Notes under the pieces: model-generated
The model's input: only the letters and a program-made list of their open reading frames with translations
Told to the model about the DNA's origin: nothing
Databases searched by the model: none
Translations under genes and position numbers: made by a program
Assembly (NCBI GenBank): GCA_963825865.1
Contig: CAWGVG010000029.1
Span: forward strand, 64,001 to 128,000
Reading direction: 5' to 3'
DNA: 64,000 nt
From: an uncultured Nitrososphaeraceae archaeon
Lineage (GTDB): Archaea > Thermoproteota > Nitrososphaeria > Nitrososphaerales > Nitrososphaeraceae
In this document: positions 24,482-38,004 of the stretch, piece by piece
Layout: each line of letters starts with the position of its first letter
How positions within the stretch are numbered: position 1 is the stretch's first letter

Positions 24482-25341
24482 CTATACTACCTTCATGCCG
24501 TCTAACATAGTTGTGAAAATCTGATAACCTGATAGTATTGGCGTATCAGCCTTTTTTAGTCCTCTTGTAGTTTTCTCCCTATATCTAACCTCACAATTCA
24601 AACGTTCCATCTTGTTATTATTGTGGTCGCCTTGTAACCTGATAGGTAGTATATGCCTAGTTCTCGGTGTTATGTTTGTGCAAAATTCCTTGTCAAACGA
24701 GTCATTGAAATTCGGCGCTCCATCACTAATCAAAGTGTTAGGTCTTTTGTCTGTTACCTCCCTTCATTTATGAAATATTAGATTTATATTCGCTGTGTAT
24801 TTTGTGTTAGCGATTTGCTGAGCAATCCAAAATCTTGTCTCGTCATCCATTAGAGCATATAGATATTCATGTCATCTTTGACTTTTAGAAATAGCTCGTC
24901 TTTTCTCCATGCATCACCTACGTTTGTTTTAATTTTCTCGATAATTTTCCATTAATCCAACATATTTTTCTAATCCACTTGTAAATAGCAACATGGTTCA
25001 TCTTTACTCCCTGCAATTTCAAAAATTGTTTTACATTACGAAACGATTTTGCCTGTAAAATACAAATGCATTGCAGAGGCTATCATTTATGGAGTAGCAT
25101 GCATTTTCTCGAATCCTAAGTTAATTGTAAAATAATGATTGCATTGTCTGCAATTGTATTTTTGTAAATCAGCGTATTTATTGTGCCTAACACCATCTCT
25201 GACAATATTAAACGATTTACAGAATATACAGCATTGGTTAGTAATAGGTTCACACAGGGCCGGTAACGGCGTTACTCTGGATTTTATATACGGGTCCTTT
25301 GGATCTGCTTTCAGTAGAATATTTGATGCTGGCCTGCCCAT
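24482..25341 (-). pseudogene. IS6-like DDE transposase with N-terminal Zn finger, degraded
   Basis: CIFCKS...YNCRQC; MDDETRFWIAQQ on the minus strand; SDGAPNF; NNNKMERLNCEVRYREK; several frameshifts. Confidence 0.7.
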
Positions 25342-25857
25342 AAGATATTCGTATTATTGATATAATCTTCAATTTTGTGAAAAAATTAGTGTCTGGACTA
25401 ATCTACAGTGTTCATGCAGCGGAATTACAAATAGACTGTTAACAAGAGCTAATCCTACGACCATACCTATTATATAGATGTTTGATATGTGAATACGGCC
25501 ATATTTGCCTAAGATGCTTGAGACTAATTCATCTACTTCTTCTTCTTTTGTTGTATCATCTTTGATTCGTTGTACTGTGTTGTTGAAGAGGTTCACATAG
25601 ACCGTATCGTCGATAGTAAGATAGTAGAATATCTTCAGCATCATCCTGTGATGGGTTTTCTTGTGAATCTATATCTTTCTGGGTTATTTCTTGCTGATTC
25701 AGTTACAGACAGAAGTGCGTATCTTAGGAGTACTTTTGCATTTGACAAATACCTACTCACTTTGTTAGAAATTGCGTAAGACGGGGTCGATACCCTAAGC
25801 TATACTTCTATTGTACCATATCGTATTGACAAAGGGATAACACAGCTAATGACGATT

Positions 25858-26038
25858 CTTTTTAAAGCCTATTTTTCTAAATTTACTTTAATATTCAAAA
25901 TATGTAAGGATGTGTTAGAAGGTTATCTGATAGCAGAGGGCCTTAAGAGGTATCACGAAGATGACTTGAAAAATTGCAATATCTAAGTTTGATATATTTA
26001 TATCCATATCAAGAAGGGCATGCTTTCATGATATAATG
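25858..26038 (+). repeat. ~185-bp diverged direct repeat, unit 1
   Basis: Shares colinear blocks with 26533..26721: CTTTTTAAAGCCTATTTT, TCTAAATTTA, GTAAGGATGTGT, TAGCAGAGGG, GACTTGAAAA, GATATATTTATATCCAT, TATAATG. Confidence 0.75.
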
Positions 26039-26532
26039 AACTGTCAATCCATCCTTTATCAGGTCCTCGAAGATCCAGATAGGTGAGCGCCAGGACTACT
26101 ATAAAGAGCAAATACAGAAATACCAAAAGTCAGAGGTGTTTACTGATTGGGAGCAGTATATGACAGCAATTCCAGTACCTTTCGCTAGATAGCATAAAGA
26201 TATGATTGCACACTGCAAGATGCTGCTGTATGATGGACTTTTGCAATACATCCAAAAAGGTCTGACAAGCTGATAACTTCCTTAAGAACAGCTGTGGATA
26301 ATGAACGAACTCTAGACAAGGAAGCAACATCACATAACGATTCATGCTTTTCGCCTAGCTATGAAGTTTTATAGATTTGAACAGTAGCAGAAGGAGGAAG
26401 CTTGGACACCCAGTAGACAGTAGAATATTGTTTCCGAAAACCCCAGGCAAACAGGTTTCGAGCAAGTACTGTTATTGCAATATATCATACTAACAAAGTG
26501 ATTATACAGCTGACAATAGGTCTATTGAATTA

Positions 26533-26721
26533 CTTTTTAAAGCCTATTTTTTCTAAATTTAGTGAAATTCATCATTAAAGTAAGGATGTGTCGGAAGGGA
26601 TAATGGTAGCAGAGGGTTTTAAGACCCAGCAGGAAGGGGACTTGAAAATGCGATATCTAGATTGGATATATTTATATCCATCTGCACATATCTATATAGA
26701 GCATGTTTTCATTATATAATG
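26533..26721 (+). repeat. ~185-bp diverged direct repeat, unit 2
   Basis: Same colinear blocks as 25858..26038. Confidence 0.75.
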
Positions 26722-27348
26722 GTAATACGTTCTCGTACAAGATTGAAACGATCGCGTATATACAGTATCATCTAAAAAGATACATTTGATAGATGTCCAG
26801 AAACAGATTTTTGATGCGCTATATAGCGCATCAGCTCATTATAGAAACTGACCTAGATATGGACGAAACACTATGAAACGAATGACTTGATTAGCTATCC
26901 ACATACAGACTAATTTATAAAAGCAGGGCCTAAACCTAGTGTCTTACTAGACATGACCAATGGAGCGTGTTTATCATGAGCCTGGGCAAAATTTTCCTTC
27001 TTGCCTCATCTGTTCGTCATTGCATTCGAGACCTATTTTCTCTATAATATCAAGAAAATTGGCTTGATGGTTATTTTTATGTTGTAGTGTAATTGGTCAT
27101 GCGTAATTGTTAAAGCAACTCATTATCCTCTACCATTTTGTTGCATGTTTAGTTATCAGAGCATTCTTTGCAGTAATATATGCATAACAAACTATTACTA
27201 GCCCATTAATAATAATAATAATAATAATCTAACAATATTTTTTGTTCAAAATAAATTTTTCAAACTACGATAATGAAGAACGCCTTGGTATATAATGACA
27301 TACTTTATAATACTAAAATAAGACTTGGAAGAGGGAAAAGTTAGCACT

Positions 27349-27837
27349 CTAAGGTGAAATCATTGGTAAGATCCAGCTGCTAAAGAAAACTATTGCGATC
27401 GCTTTTATTACTTTGCCAGAGACAATAGCAATAGCAAATGTTCTAAAATTATATTTTTTTGCACCAGCAATCAACGGTATAAAGTCTCCAACTATCGGTA
27501 TCCAAGGAGAAAAAAAGATTATCGCCAAACCATATCTTTCTAATAATAAAAGGCTTCTTTCTTCATGCTCTTTCTTTGGTGTTTTGTATAGTCTTTTTAA
27601 AAACTTATTGCCGCTGTAACCTATGTAATAAGCAATAAATCCCCCAATTATTGAACCGACTATCAAAATAAGAGATACAATAGTTTTGCTATGACCAGAC
27701 AATAACAAGCCTGATATCGTCAATTCTGTCGGAATTGGAATGATTGATGAAAGAAGCCCGTTTATGAAAAGACCGATTAGACCATATTTTACGAAAAGCG
27801 AGTTATGGACTATAGAATCTATTATTTCACCAATCAT
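27349..27837 (-). CDS. DedA/YqaA (VTT domain) membrane protein
   Basis: SSIIPIPTE, GSIIGGFIAYYIG, WIPIVGDFIPLIAG. Confidence 0.85.
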   Translation of the reverse strand: MIGEIIDSIVHNSLFVKYGLIGLFINGLLSSIIPIPTELTISGLLLSGHSKTIVSLILIVGSIIGGFIAYYIGYSGNKFLKRLYKTPKKEHEERSLLLLERYGLAIIFFSPWIPIVGDFIPLIAGAKKYNFRTFAIAIVSGKVIKAIAIVFFSSWILPMISP

Positions 27838-28284
27838 TGTTACAACCTAGTTGTTACTGTTTATCTACCTTCATCATTCAAAAACCTTCGAGCAATTAGA
27901 TAGTAGATATAATCCATTCCAAACAAAATACAAATTGCATGCGAATGAATGCGACAATTATATGCGAATGAATGGATAAAGACGTAGCTTGATTACCAAT
28001 ATTAAACAAAGTCCATGATTGCTGTACCAGCACCTATTGTAAGCATAAGCACGCGGCTTGCATTTATAGGCACCTTCCCTTCCTGTTGAAATTGCCTTTT
28101 CTTTTAGATTAAACTCTTCCTTGGTTTGGTGAAAGTTTCTAAAGATGCCCTATCTTGTAGTATAGTATGTGTTGAAATATTTTTTGTATTCACAGCAATA
28201 AATATGCTTTTCGAGTCGCCGACGTCCTCTCTCACAAATGGCTTAAAGTTATGGCATTATTTTTATTTGTATATCTATACAAAC

Positions 28285-28977
28285 CTATCTTGTTATCTTT
28301 GCTCTCAGCAATTCATAAGCTCTACCAGCATCATTATCATTTAATATAAGCACAATTTCATTAGGAGCAAAAAAAGCATTATGTAATGGAATTTGATTAT
28401 TGTAAAGAATGTCTGAAACTAGAGATAACAAATTATAATATGGATTTTGTTGCTCTTGGTGGTCTTTGGAAGAAGGGAATGTAATAGTTATCTTTGAAAG
28501 CCCTTCTTTTATTCTACCATCAAATTTTTTAGAAGCGGTAGAAACAATGTTTCTGATTTCCTCAATGTTCTCTGCAAACAATCGGAGTTGTTTATTTGTC
28601 TGGAAAAGATTGTAACCACTTTCCTTCTCAAGCACTTCATCAAGGATATTTGAAAGCTCGTCAAACTCTTGATCATTAAAATCAACATCAATAATACTGC
28701 CTGTTAATGACATCCTAGCTCCTTCGAATGAATAGTTGATGATCGGTTTTTTTTCTCTTTCTTCTTCTATTAGTGTATCCGTAAATCTTTTGATCGCTAC
28801 CACAATCGTGCCTACGTTAACATTAGAAGAGCCTGTAATTTTTTCAACGTCTGGTTTGATTTTCTGTGCTAAAGCTGTATAATTAGCAATTCCAGATACA
28901 AGGGCTTGAAGATATAGGTTGTTAGAAGATAATACTGTTCTTATAGCTTGAGGAACCGATATCGACCCGCTATACAT
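28285..28977 (-). CDS. archaeal HTH/ACT-domain protein
   Basis: LQALVSGIANYTALAQKIKP...IVVAIKRF N-terminus and ACT-like C-terminus (LSKITITF...EIVLIL). Confidence 0.65.
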   Translation of the reverse strand: MYSGSISVPQAIRTVLSSNNLYLQALVSGIANYTALAQKIKPDVEKITGSSNVNVGTIVVAIKRFTDTLIEEEREKKPIINYSFEGARMSLTGSIIDVDFNDQEFDELSNILDEVLEKESGYNLFQTNKQLRLFAENIEEIRNIVSTASKKFDGRIKEGLSKITITFPSSKDHQEQQNPYYNLLSLVSDILYNNQIPLHNAFFAPNEIVLILNDNDAGRAYELLRAKITR

Positions 28978-29072
28978 ATGTGTTATAATTACAAGTAAGT
29001 AATAATAAACTTTTTTAAATGTAAGAAAAATATATATATTGTAGTATTTATTACATATTGTGGGGATATTAC

Positions 29073-29609
29073 ATGTGGAAAGATCCATGGTGGAGTTTTA
29101 AAGGAAGTAGGATTTTTGAAGAGATGAATAAAGAATTTGCAGAAGCAGAAGAGATGATGAATAGAATGTTCAGGACAGTGCATGAAATAAGTCCATCTGA
29201 TGTTGCTCGCAAACTCTCCGTATTATTATGGCTACCAAATAACAATGGGTCCTGATGGCAAACCACGCGTCAGAAAATTTGGTAATATAAAGCCATCTGC
29301 TAGAGGTTTGATAGAACAGGCTGGCGTAAGACAACCATTGTTTGATACAGCAATCGATGGAAAGGAAAATACACTTACTATTACTGCAGAGATGCCTGGT
29401 ATCAACAAAGAGGATATTAAAGTTAACATGGCTGACCAATATGTTACAATACATGCCGGGAAAGGGGACAAGAAATATCATACAGATATACCAGTTGATG
29501 TTGAGCTTGACGATACTTCTGCAAAAGCAACCTACTCAAACGGGATATTGGAGCTCAAGATCAAGTTAAAACAAGCTCTAAAATCACATGGTAAGGAAAT
29601 AAAGGTGGA

Positions 29610-29613
<4 letters not shown>
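29073..29613 (+). CDS. hsp20: small heat shock protein Hsp20 (archaeal type), frameshifted
   Basis: PYYYGYQITMGPDGKPRVRKFGN, AEMPGINKEDI, ATYSNGILELKI, GKEIKVE. Confidence 0.9.
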
Positions 29614-31899
<2,286 letters not shown>

Positions 31900-31935
31900 T
31901 TATAAGCATAGAAAGAGGTGTCAAGCTGAATACAT

Positions 31936-32139
31936 ATGAAAACAACACTAGCAGTTGTTGCCAGACAGGACTTATCATTAAAACCAATACGCAGTAGAGT
32001 GGACTACAATTTTTTCAATTATTGCTCTACCTGTGGCCTGAAACTTTCAAAACAGATCGTGCGATGTCCAGAGTGTAAGCAAAAAGTAAGGACAAAACCA
32101 TGGCATCGTTCAAAAGTTACCCGGTTTAAACGAATCTAG
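31936..32139 (+). CDS. small Zn-ribbon protein
   Basis: CSTCG...CPECKQKVRTKP. Confidence 0.55.
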   Translation: MKTTLAVVARQDLSLKPIRSRVDYNFFNYCSTCGLKLSKQIVRCPECKQKVRTKPWHRSKVTRFKRI

Positions 32140-32387
32140 CTGTTACAAAAATTAGATACATGTTAGGCAGACATCATAATGAATGGTCATGCTTAAAGTT
32201 ACTGTTGTAAAAAATCATAATATGCAATGATTAGGGCATGATGATGTGGCATCACCATCCATCAATAGACAAAACAATAAGAGTAGTGTAGTCTACTTAT
32301 TAGGAAAGAGACCCCTGCTGTAAAGTAGTGCTGGTAAAGTTATTCACTTAGTCACAGTTATAAGAAAGACTTGAAAATTGAATTTAA

Positions 32388-32891
32388 ATGAGCAAAGAAA
32401 TTGGCGATCATCAGCAAAATGCAATGGAGCAGAAAATCAACGAAATGGTTCAGCAGTCAAGAATCCTTGAGGCCTACATGAACGACATCATTACCCGGGA
32501 GACTACAGTTTCAAGGCTAATGGAAGAAGGTCGTCTTGCTTCTTCTGCTGTTCAAAGTATAACAGAAGTGTCAGAAGTCGAATCATTAATGCCTGTTGGA
32601 ATTGGAGTTTATATGAAGGCTTTAGTTCCTCCTATGAAGAAATTGCTGATAAATGTAGGCGCAGGTGTTACTATAGAAAAAAGCAGAGAAGATACTATCA
32701 ATTATATTGAGTCTAGACTTAAAGAATTCGAAGTTGCATTGAGACAGCTTGCTAGTCAAAAACATCAAATAGCAACGCGTATGGAGCAGATTCAAGAACA
32801 AATTAACCAGATGTTACAGCAGGCTGGCGTTACTGCAAAATCACAAACCCGTACACATGCATATGACAGTGGACAACCACATCCTCATTAG
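32388..32891 (+). CDS. pfdA: prefoldin alpha subunit
   Basis: LMPVGIGVYMKA...LLINVGAGVTIEKS beta-hairpins between coiled coils; upstream of ftsY. Confidence 0.88.
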   Translation: MSKEIGDHQQNAMEQKINEMVQQSRILEAYMNDIITRETTVSRLMEEGRLASSAVQSITEVSEVESLMPVGIGVYMKALVPPMKKLLINVGAGVTIEKSREDTINYIESRLKEFEVALRQLASQKHQIATRMEQIQEQINQMLQQAGVTAKSQTRTHAYDSGQPHPH

Positions 32892-32902
32892 GCGGAACAT
32901 GA

Positions 32903-34409
32903 ATGTTTGACAAGCTCAAAAAAGCCTTTTCCGGTATAGCAATAAAAAGCATTGGTCAAAAAGAGATTTCTGAAAAAGATTTTGATAACAATTTATCTGA
33001 TTTACAACTTGTATTATTGGAAAGCGATGTAGCACAAGAAGTAATCGATGATCTTTCTACAAAGTTGAAAAATGAATTACTCGGACTAAAACTGGAAAAA
33101 GGACAGCAGACAGCAGAGGATATAATCAGATCAAAACTTAAAAGCGCTATTGCAGAAATGTTTGCCAAAGCGGGAAAAATAGATCTGATACAGAAAATTC
33201 AAGTGAAGAGAAATGCTAGAGGTGGACCATTTGTTATTGTTTTTCTTGGAATCAATGGGACTGGTAAAACAACCACGGTTGCAAAGATAGCTCATCTACT
33301 ACGTAAGAATGGTATTTCCGTAGTTTTGGCAGCTGGAGATACCCATCGTGCAGGTGCAATCGAACAATTAACTCAACATGCTGAAAAATTATCATTAAAA
33401 GTTATTTCCCAAAGGTATGGAGCGGATCCTTCAGCGGTAGGCAGGGACGCAGTTGATTATGGTAGAAAACACTACATTGATGCAGTATTGATAGATACTG
33501 CTGGCAGAATGCAAACTGCCAAAAATCTAATGGATGAAGTCAGTAAAACTATCAGAGTAGTAAAGCCGGATATGAAATTATTTATAGGCGATTCGCTGGC
33601 TGGAAACGATACGATCAGTCAATCAAAAGAATTTTTCCAATATACCAATTTTGATGGTGCTATTTTAACTAAAGCAGATGCAGATGCAAAAGGCGGTGCT
33701 GGCAATTTCTATAGTTTATATCACATCAAAACCAATAGTTTATCTTGGAGTTGGACAGGGATACGACAATATAATCACTTTTGACCCCGTCAAGTTCCTT
33801 GAATCAATATTTGGCAATTCTTCTTTAATCGATGATGATATAACTACTACAACAGTTTATGAACCGATTGCAGAATCTGGAACCCCTGTCAGTATCTCTG
33901 AAATAGAAGTACAAAAACCAGAGGCAGTTAGGACTGCCGATAGATTAGGTGATTATACAACAACAACCTCCAAAGAAGAAGAACAACTACAATCTACACC
34001 ACGTATATCGACATCTGCAATAATATCTAAAGCATCGAATAACTCAGAATCTGCGCCCATTGTTGTTCCTAAAACGGAAAGAAACTTTGAAAAGTCTTTA
34101 GAAAAGCATCAATCTGAACCAATTTCGACACAGACCACTCCTATAGCAAACGAAAACCAACCGTTAGAGGTAGAAAAGAAGGCAAAGAGTCGTTTCGGTG
34201 GATTGTTTAGTAGAAAAAATAAAGACAAAAAAACGAGATTGAAAGATGAAGATGAGGAGAGAGAAGCAAAAAAACTGCCAAAATCTGCAGAAGATGGAAT
34301 ACAAATAGAAGGCAAAGAGTCAAAGAAGCATGAAGAAGGAGAACAGCAACAAGGAAAAGATGATGTAGTATATATTACAGATGATGATATTGATGACCTT
34401 CTTAAGTAA
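32903..34409 (+). CDS. ftsY: SRP receptor FtsY with long C-terminal extension, frameshift at ~33700
   Basis: GINGTGKTTT, DTHRAGA, DTAGRM, TKADADAKGG, then PIVYLGVGQGYD in the next frame. Confidence 0.9.
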
Positions 34410-35343
34410 CAAAGATGTTCTCAGTTTACAAGACATAAGTTCAAAGGAAATTCTTTCAATTATAAAATTAGCTAATACTTTTAAAAAAGAACTGAAGAAC
34501 AGAAAGTCATTGTTATTACTGAAAGGCAAAGTGTTTGGATTGGTTTTCCAAAAACCATCAACTAGAACAAGGGTAAGTTTTGAGACTGGAATATCTCAAT
34601 TGGGTGGAAACACTGTATACCTGGGTGTCAACGATATCCACTTATCACGTGGAGAGTCAATAGAAGATACGGCCAGAACATTATCACTATATCTCAATTG
34701 CATCATAGGCCGGGTTTATGATCACGCAGATATTCAAAGGTTAGCCTATTGGGCTTCTATTCCTGTTATAAATGGACTTTCTGACACTTTCCATCCATGT
34801 CAAATACTTGCCGACCTTCTGACGATTCAAGAGTACAAGAAAAAACTAAAAGGATTGAGACTTGCATGGGTTGGAGATGGCAATAATGTTTGCAATGATT
34901 TGTTACTAGGTTGTGCAAAAACCGGCATAAATATGACGGTGGCGTGCCCCAGAGGTTATGAACCAATGCAACAGATCGTAAAACTGGCAAAAAAGGATGG
35001 AGAAAATACAGGAGCCGAGATCATTATTACTGACGATCCAGTTGTTGCTGCCAAAGATGTGGATGCTGTAGTAACTGATACATTTATTTCAATAGGGAAA
35101 GATGAAGAAAAGACTAGTCGAGGAATAGTTTTTCTTCCAAAGTATCAGGTAAATTCTGATCTCATGAAACTGGCAAAAAAAGACGCAATCTTTCTGCACT
35201 GTTTGCCCGCCAAGCGTGGTCAAGAAGTGACCTCTGAAGTAATAGACGGAGAAGCATCTGTTGTCTGGGATGAGGCTGAGAACAGACTGCATGTTCAAAA
35301 AGCGTTAATGTGCATGTTACTGAAAATAAAATTTGGCAATTAA
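34393..35343 (+). CDS. argF: ornithine carbamoyltransferase
   Basis: PSTRTRVSF, HPCQILAD, GDGNNV, HCLP. Confidence 0.93.
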   Translation: MTFLSNKDVLSLQDISSKEILSIIKLANTFKKELKNRKSLLLLKGKVFGLVFQKPSTRTRVSFETGISQLGGNTVYLGVNDIHLSRGESIEDTARTLSLYLNCIIGRVYDHADIQRLAYWASIPVINGLSDTFHPCQILADLLTIQEYKKKLKGLRLAWVGDGNNVCNDLLLGCAKTGINMTVACPRGYEPMQQIVKLAKKDGENTGAEIIITDDPVVAAKDVDAVVTDTFISIGKDEEKTSRGIVFLPKYQVNSDLMKLAKKDAIFLHCLPAKRGQEVTSEVIDGEASVVWDEAENRLHVQKALMCMLLKIKFGN

Positions 35344-35771
35344 CCATTTTTTGGCGTTACAACTGTGGTAAAAGAGGAAATCTAAAGTAAATATCGGAAG
35401 ACACACGTTCAAGTAATTTTTATTGCTGGATGAAAAGAAAAGAAATCTAAAAGCGTAAAAATGATCCTGACAACCCTCCTGTGTATCTTTTATTTATGAA
35501 AGAAGCACGCCTGCAGCAAATCAAATCAAATCACATCCAGTTGGAATGTATTACTGTATATGATTTCTATAACCAGATATACATTGGGTAACCGAAGACT
35601 TTCAGATCTTTATGAAAATTGAACAGAATATTATTATTATTATTCCAAGATTATAAAATACGTCATAAAGATTCAGGTATTCTTGGTAAAGTTGATCTTT
35701 ATCATAGAGATGTACAGTTAGAGAAAAATGAAATTTGAAGTCAAAATCTTTTTTAGACACAACTACAGCAT

Positions 35772-36029
35772 TTATTTTATTTGTTCGTTTTGATAATATT
35801 TGCTATTTTCGTTTTTATTTCCATCTCCCTTTTTCCATATCTGTATTTGACCGCCATATACCTCATTTTCATAGACAAATGATGGCACTTGAGCATAATA
35901 CCCTTCTCTACCTGATTTAAATGTCTTGGGCGGTAGTGGTATTTCATGTTCTTTCCCATCTGGCATCCTAAGTATTGCAACTGCAATCCTGCTTTTTGTT
36001 TTTTGTTTTTCATAATCATCTGAAGTCAA
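35772..36029 (-). CDS. hypothetical protein
   Basis: 85 aa with a plausible globular core (PPKTFKSGREGYYAQVPSF...YGGQIQIWKK). Confidence 0.55.
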   Translation of the reverse strand: MTSDDYEKQKTKSRIAVAILRMPDGKEHEIPLPPKTFKSGREGYYAQVPSFVYENEVYGGQIQIWKKGDGNKNENSKYYQNEQIK

Positions 36030-36438
36030 ATTCTACTATGACTTGTCATAATCGGTAGTTTTAATGTTTAATACCTTTTGAGTATTTCAAATTGAAAATC
36101 CTATACTAATAAATTAATGTATTCAATATACTTGAGAGATAACAATTTTTGCTCTTATTTTATTATTTGTATTAATTATATCGAAGAGTATAAAGCGTAA
36201 AAAAGTAATACTATAAGAGGGAATGATTTCTCTTATTTCTGCAGTTGTTATTTTCCTTGTGCCTTTTAGTATCCGCGTTCTCTGATGCGCTCGGACTTGT
36301 TGCACCAATGTAACTTATCACGCTAGCCTTGTTTATTATATCACCTAATTAAGGTCCCCAATCTTATTGTTGGATCTTTTGTAAAGTAACCTTTAATTGT
36401 GATTAAAAATCCATTCAATTCGGATTAGACTAGAAAAT

Positions 36439-37581
36439 ATGATTAGTTTCTTCCTACTGCAACTTAATAGCATTTTTGGACCTGGAGGTGGATCTGATTC
36501 AGGTAATAATCCTCTTTCATATATTCTCTGGTTTGCACCTATCTTCATTTTGATGATGTATGGTCAGAAATTTCAATCATGGATGATTCTCAGCGATATT
36601 TCAAAATCCTTAACCAAGCTAAAGACTATGAAAGAAACGGCGAGGAAAGAAGCAATAGAGTATGTTAAAACATCAATTAAGCCTTCAACTGACCCATGTG
36701 AAAAAATTGACAAATTTCTAGAATATTTTACAATTATGCCTGTTGACCTTGATCCGAATGGGATTATAGGAAAGCTTGATCACATAATGAGAACTAGAGA
36801 TGAAAGGGTTCGATCTGAAATAAAGAGAATGGCTGATGGAATGAGCGAATCGCATGCTTCTCGTATGGAAAACATTCTAGAGGCTGCAACTGCTCTCAAC
36901 ATGATTTACAAGGTCGTAAGGCACTTTTACCTCATGGGTAAACGTACTACAAGCATGTTTGTACTTGTACAGCTGGAAATGGTGATGCCGCTTTTATTAC
37001 AAGAAGCAGAGGCTTTGCAGAAGGCAATAAGTGCATTTAAAAAGGGTCTACCAATTGGGGATAGCATAGGTCCAATGGTTGTTGGCAAAATGATGATTGG
37101 AAAGGAAAAGAAAGTAATCGCAAGAGAAACTGTCTACAGCGAAGACGAGTATATGGATAGAAAATTATATTTGCTCAAAGCAGAAGGACCAGGCGGTACG
37201 GTAGGTAGACCTGGAGAGGCGGTTCAAAGGATAGTTGGAGAGATAGGATTGAAAATTGATGCCATCATAATGATAGATGCTGCAATGAAGCTGGAAGGCG
37301 AAAAAACCGGCTCCATTGCTGAAGGTATTGGAGCTGCCATAGGTGGCATCGGCGTTGAGAAATACCAGATTGAAGAAGTTGCAACAAGGTTCAATATTCC
37401 TGTTTACGCAGTCATAGTAAAACAATCTATCCAGGATGCAATTACGATTATGCGGAAAGAGATTTCTGATTCGTTTGATAAGGTAAGCAAGACAGTACTC
37501 ACTGTAATTGAAGATAAGACTTCTGCGGGACAATCAGTTTTAATTATCGGCATTGGAAATACATTAGGAGTTTCGCAATAG
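36439..37581 (+). CDS. DUF1512 family protein
   Basis: PVDLDPNGII, PIGDSIGP, KAEGPG, MIDAAMKLEGEKTG, IGIGNTLGVSQ. Confidence 0.85.
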   Translation: MISFFLLQLNSIFGPGGGSDSGNNPLSYILWFAPIFILMMYGQKFQSWMILSDISKSLTKLKTMKETARKEAIEYVKTSIKPSTDPCEKIDKFLEYFTIMPVDLDPNGIIGKLDHIMRTRDERVRSEIKRMADGMSESHASRMENILEAATALNMIYKVVRHFYLMGKRTTSMFVLVQLEMVMPLLLQEAEALQKAISAFKKGLPIGDSIGPMVVGKMMIGKEKKVIARETVYSEDEYMDRKLYLLKAEGPGGTVGRPGEAVQRIVGEIGLKIDAIIMIDAAMKLEGEKTGSIAEGIGAAIGGIGVEKYQIEEVATRFNIPVYAVIVKQSIQDAITIMRKEISDSFDKVSKTVLTVIEDKTSAGQSVLIIGIGNTLGVSQ

Positions 37582-37584
37582 TAA

Positions 37585-37803
37585 TTGTTGTTTTTTGGAA
37601 AGAAGAAAAAAGAAGAGACTCCAACTCTTTACACTGAAGAAGCATGTCAAAGTTGTGGCGAAAAGAACAGGAGAGCTTTTCAAGATAGTGATTATATTTA
37701 CAAAAGCAGCTCAAGATGTAATAAGTGCTCTGGAACTGCTATGATTACTGCAATTTATGGCGAATATCCATCAGAGAAAAAACAAAAACAAAAACAACTA
37801 TAG
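37585..37803 (+). CDS. small Zn-binding protein
   Basis: CQSCG...CNKC; translationally adjacent to DUF1512. Confidence 0.6.
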   Translation: MLFFGKKKKEETPTLYTEEACQSCGEKNRRAFQDSDYIYKSSSRCNKCSGTAMITAIYGEYPSEKKQKQKQL

Positions 37804-38004
37804 AGGACTTACACAATAAAAGACTAACTAACTAGTTTGATAGTTTGTATAGAATACTAACTTATATCTAAGTCTATCATATAGATATTGCTGAGAATAA
37901 CATAAATAATGCAAAAATTTCATTAGCTAAGTCAAAATTAAAGTCAAAAGAAGCCATTATTAGTAATACCATTTCTACTACTTCTTCTAGCTATACTCCC
38001 AATA

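Noticed and set aside
27208-27228. (AAT)n tract, plus CAA/GAT/AAT runs at ~4040, 19940-19990 and 54903-54925
   Set aside because: Simple trinucleotide low-complexity sequence that preserves frame where coding; no evidence of phase variation.
27939-27974. ATGCGAATGAATG direct repeat (2 copies, 23-bp period) upstream of the DedA gene
   Set aside because: Only two copies and no other support; it could be regulatory but cannot be shown from the sequence.
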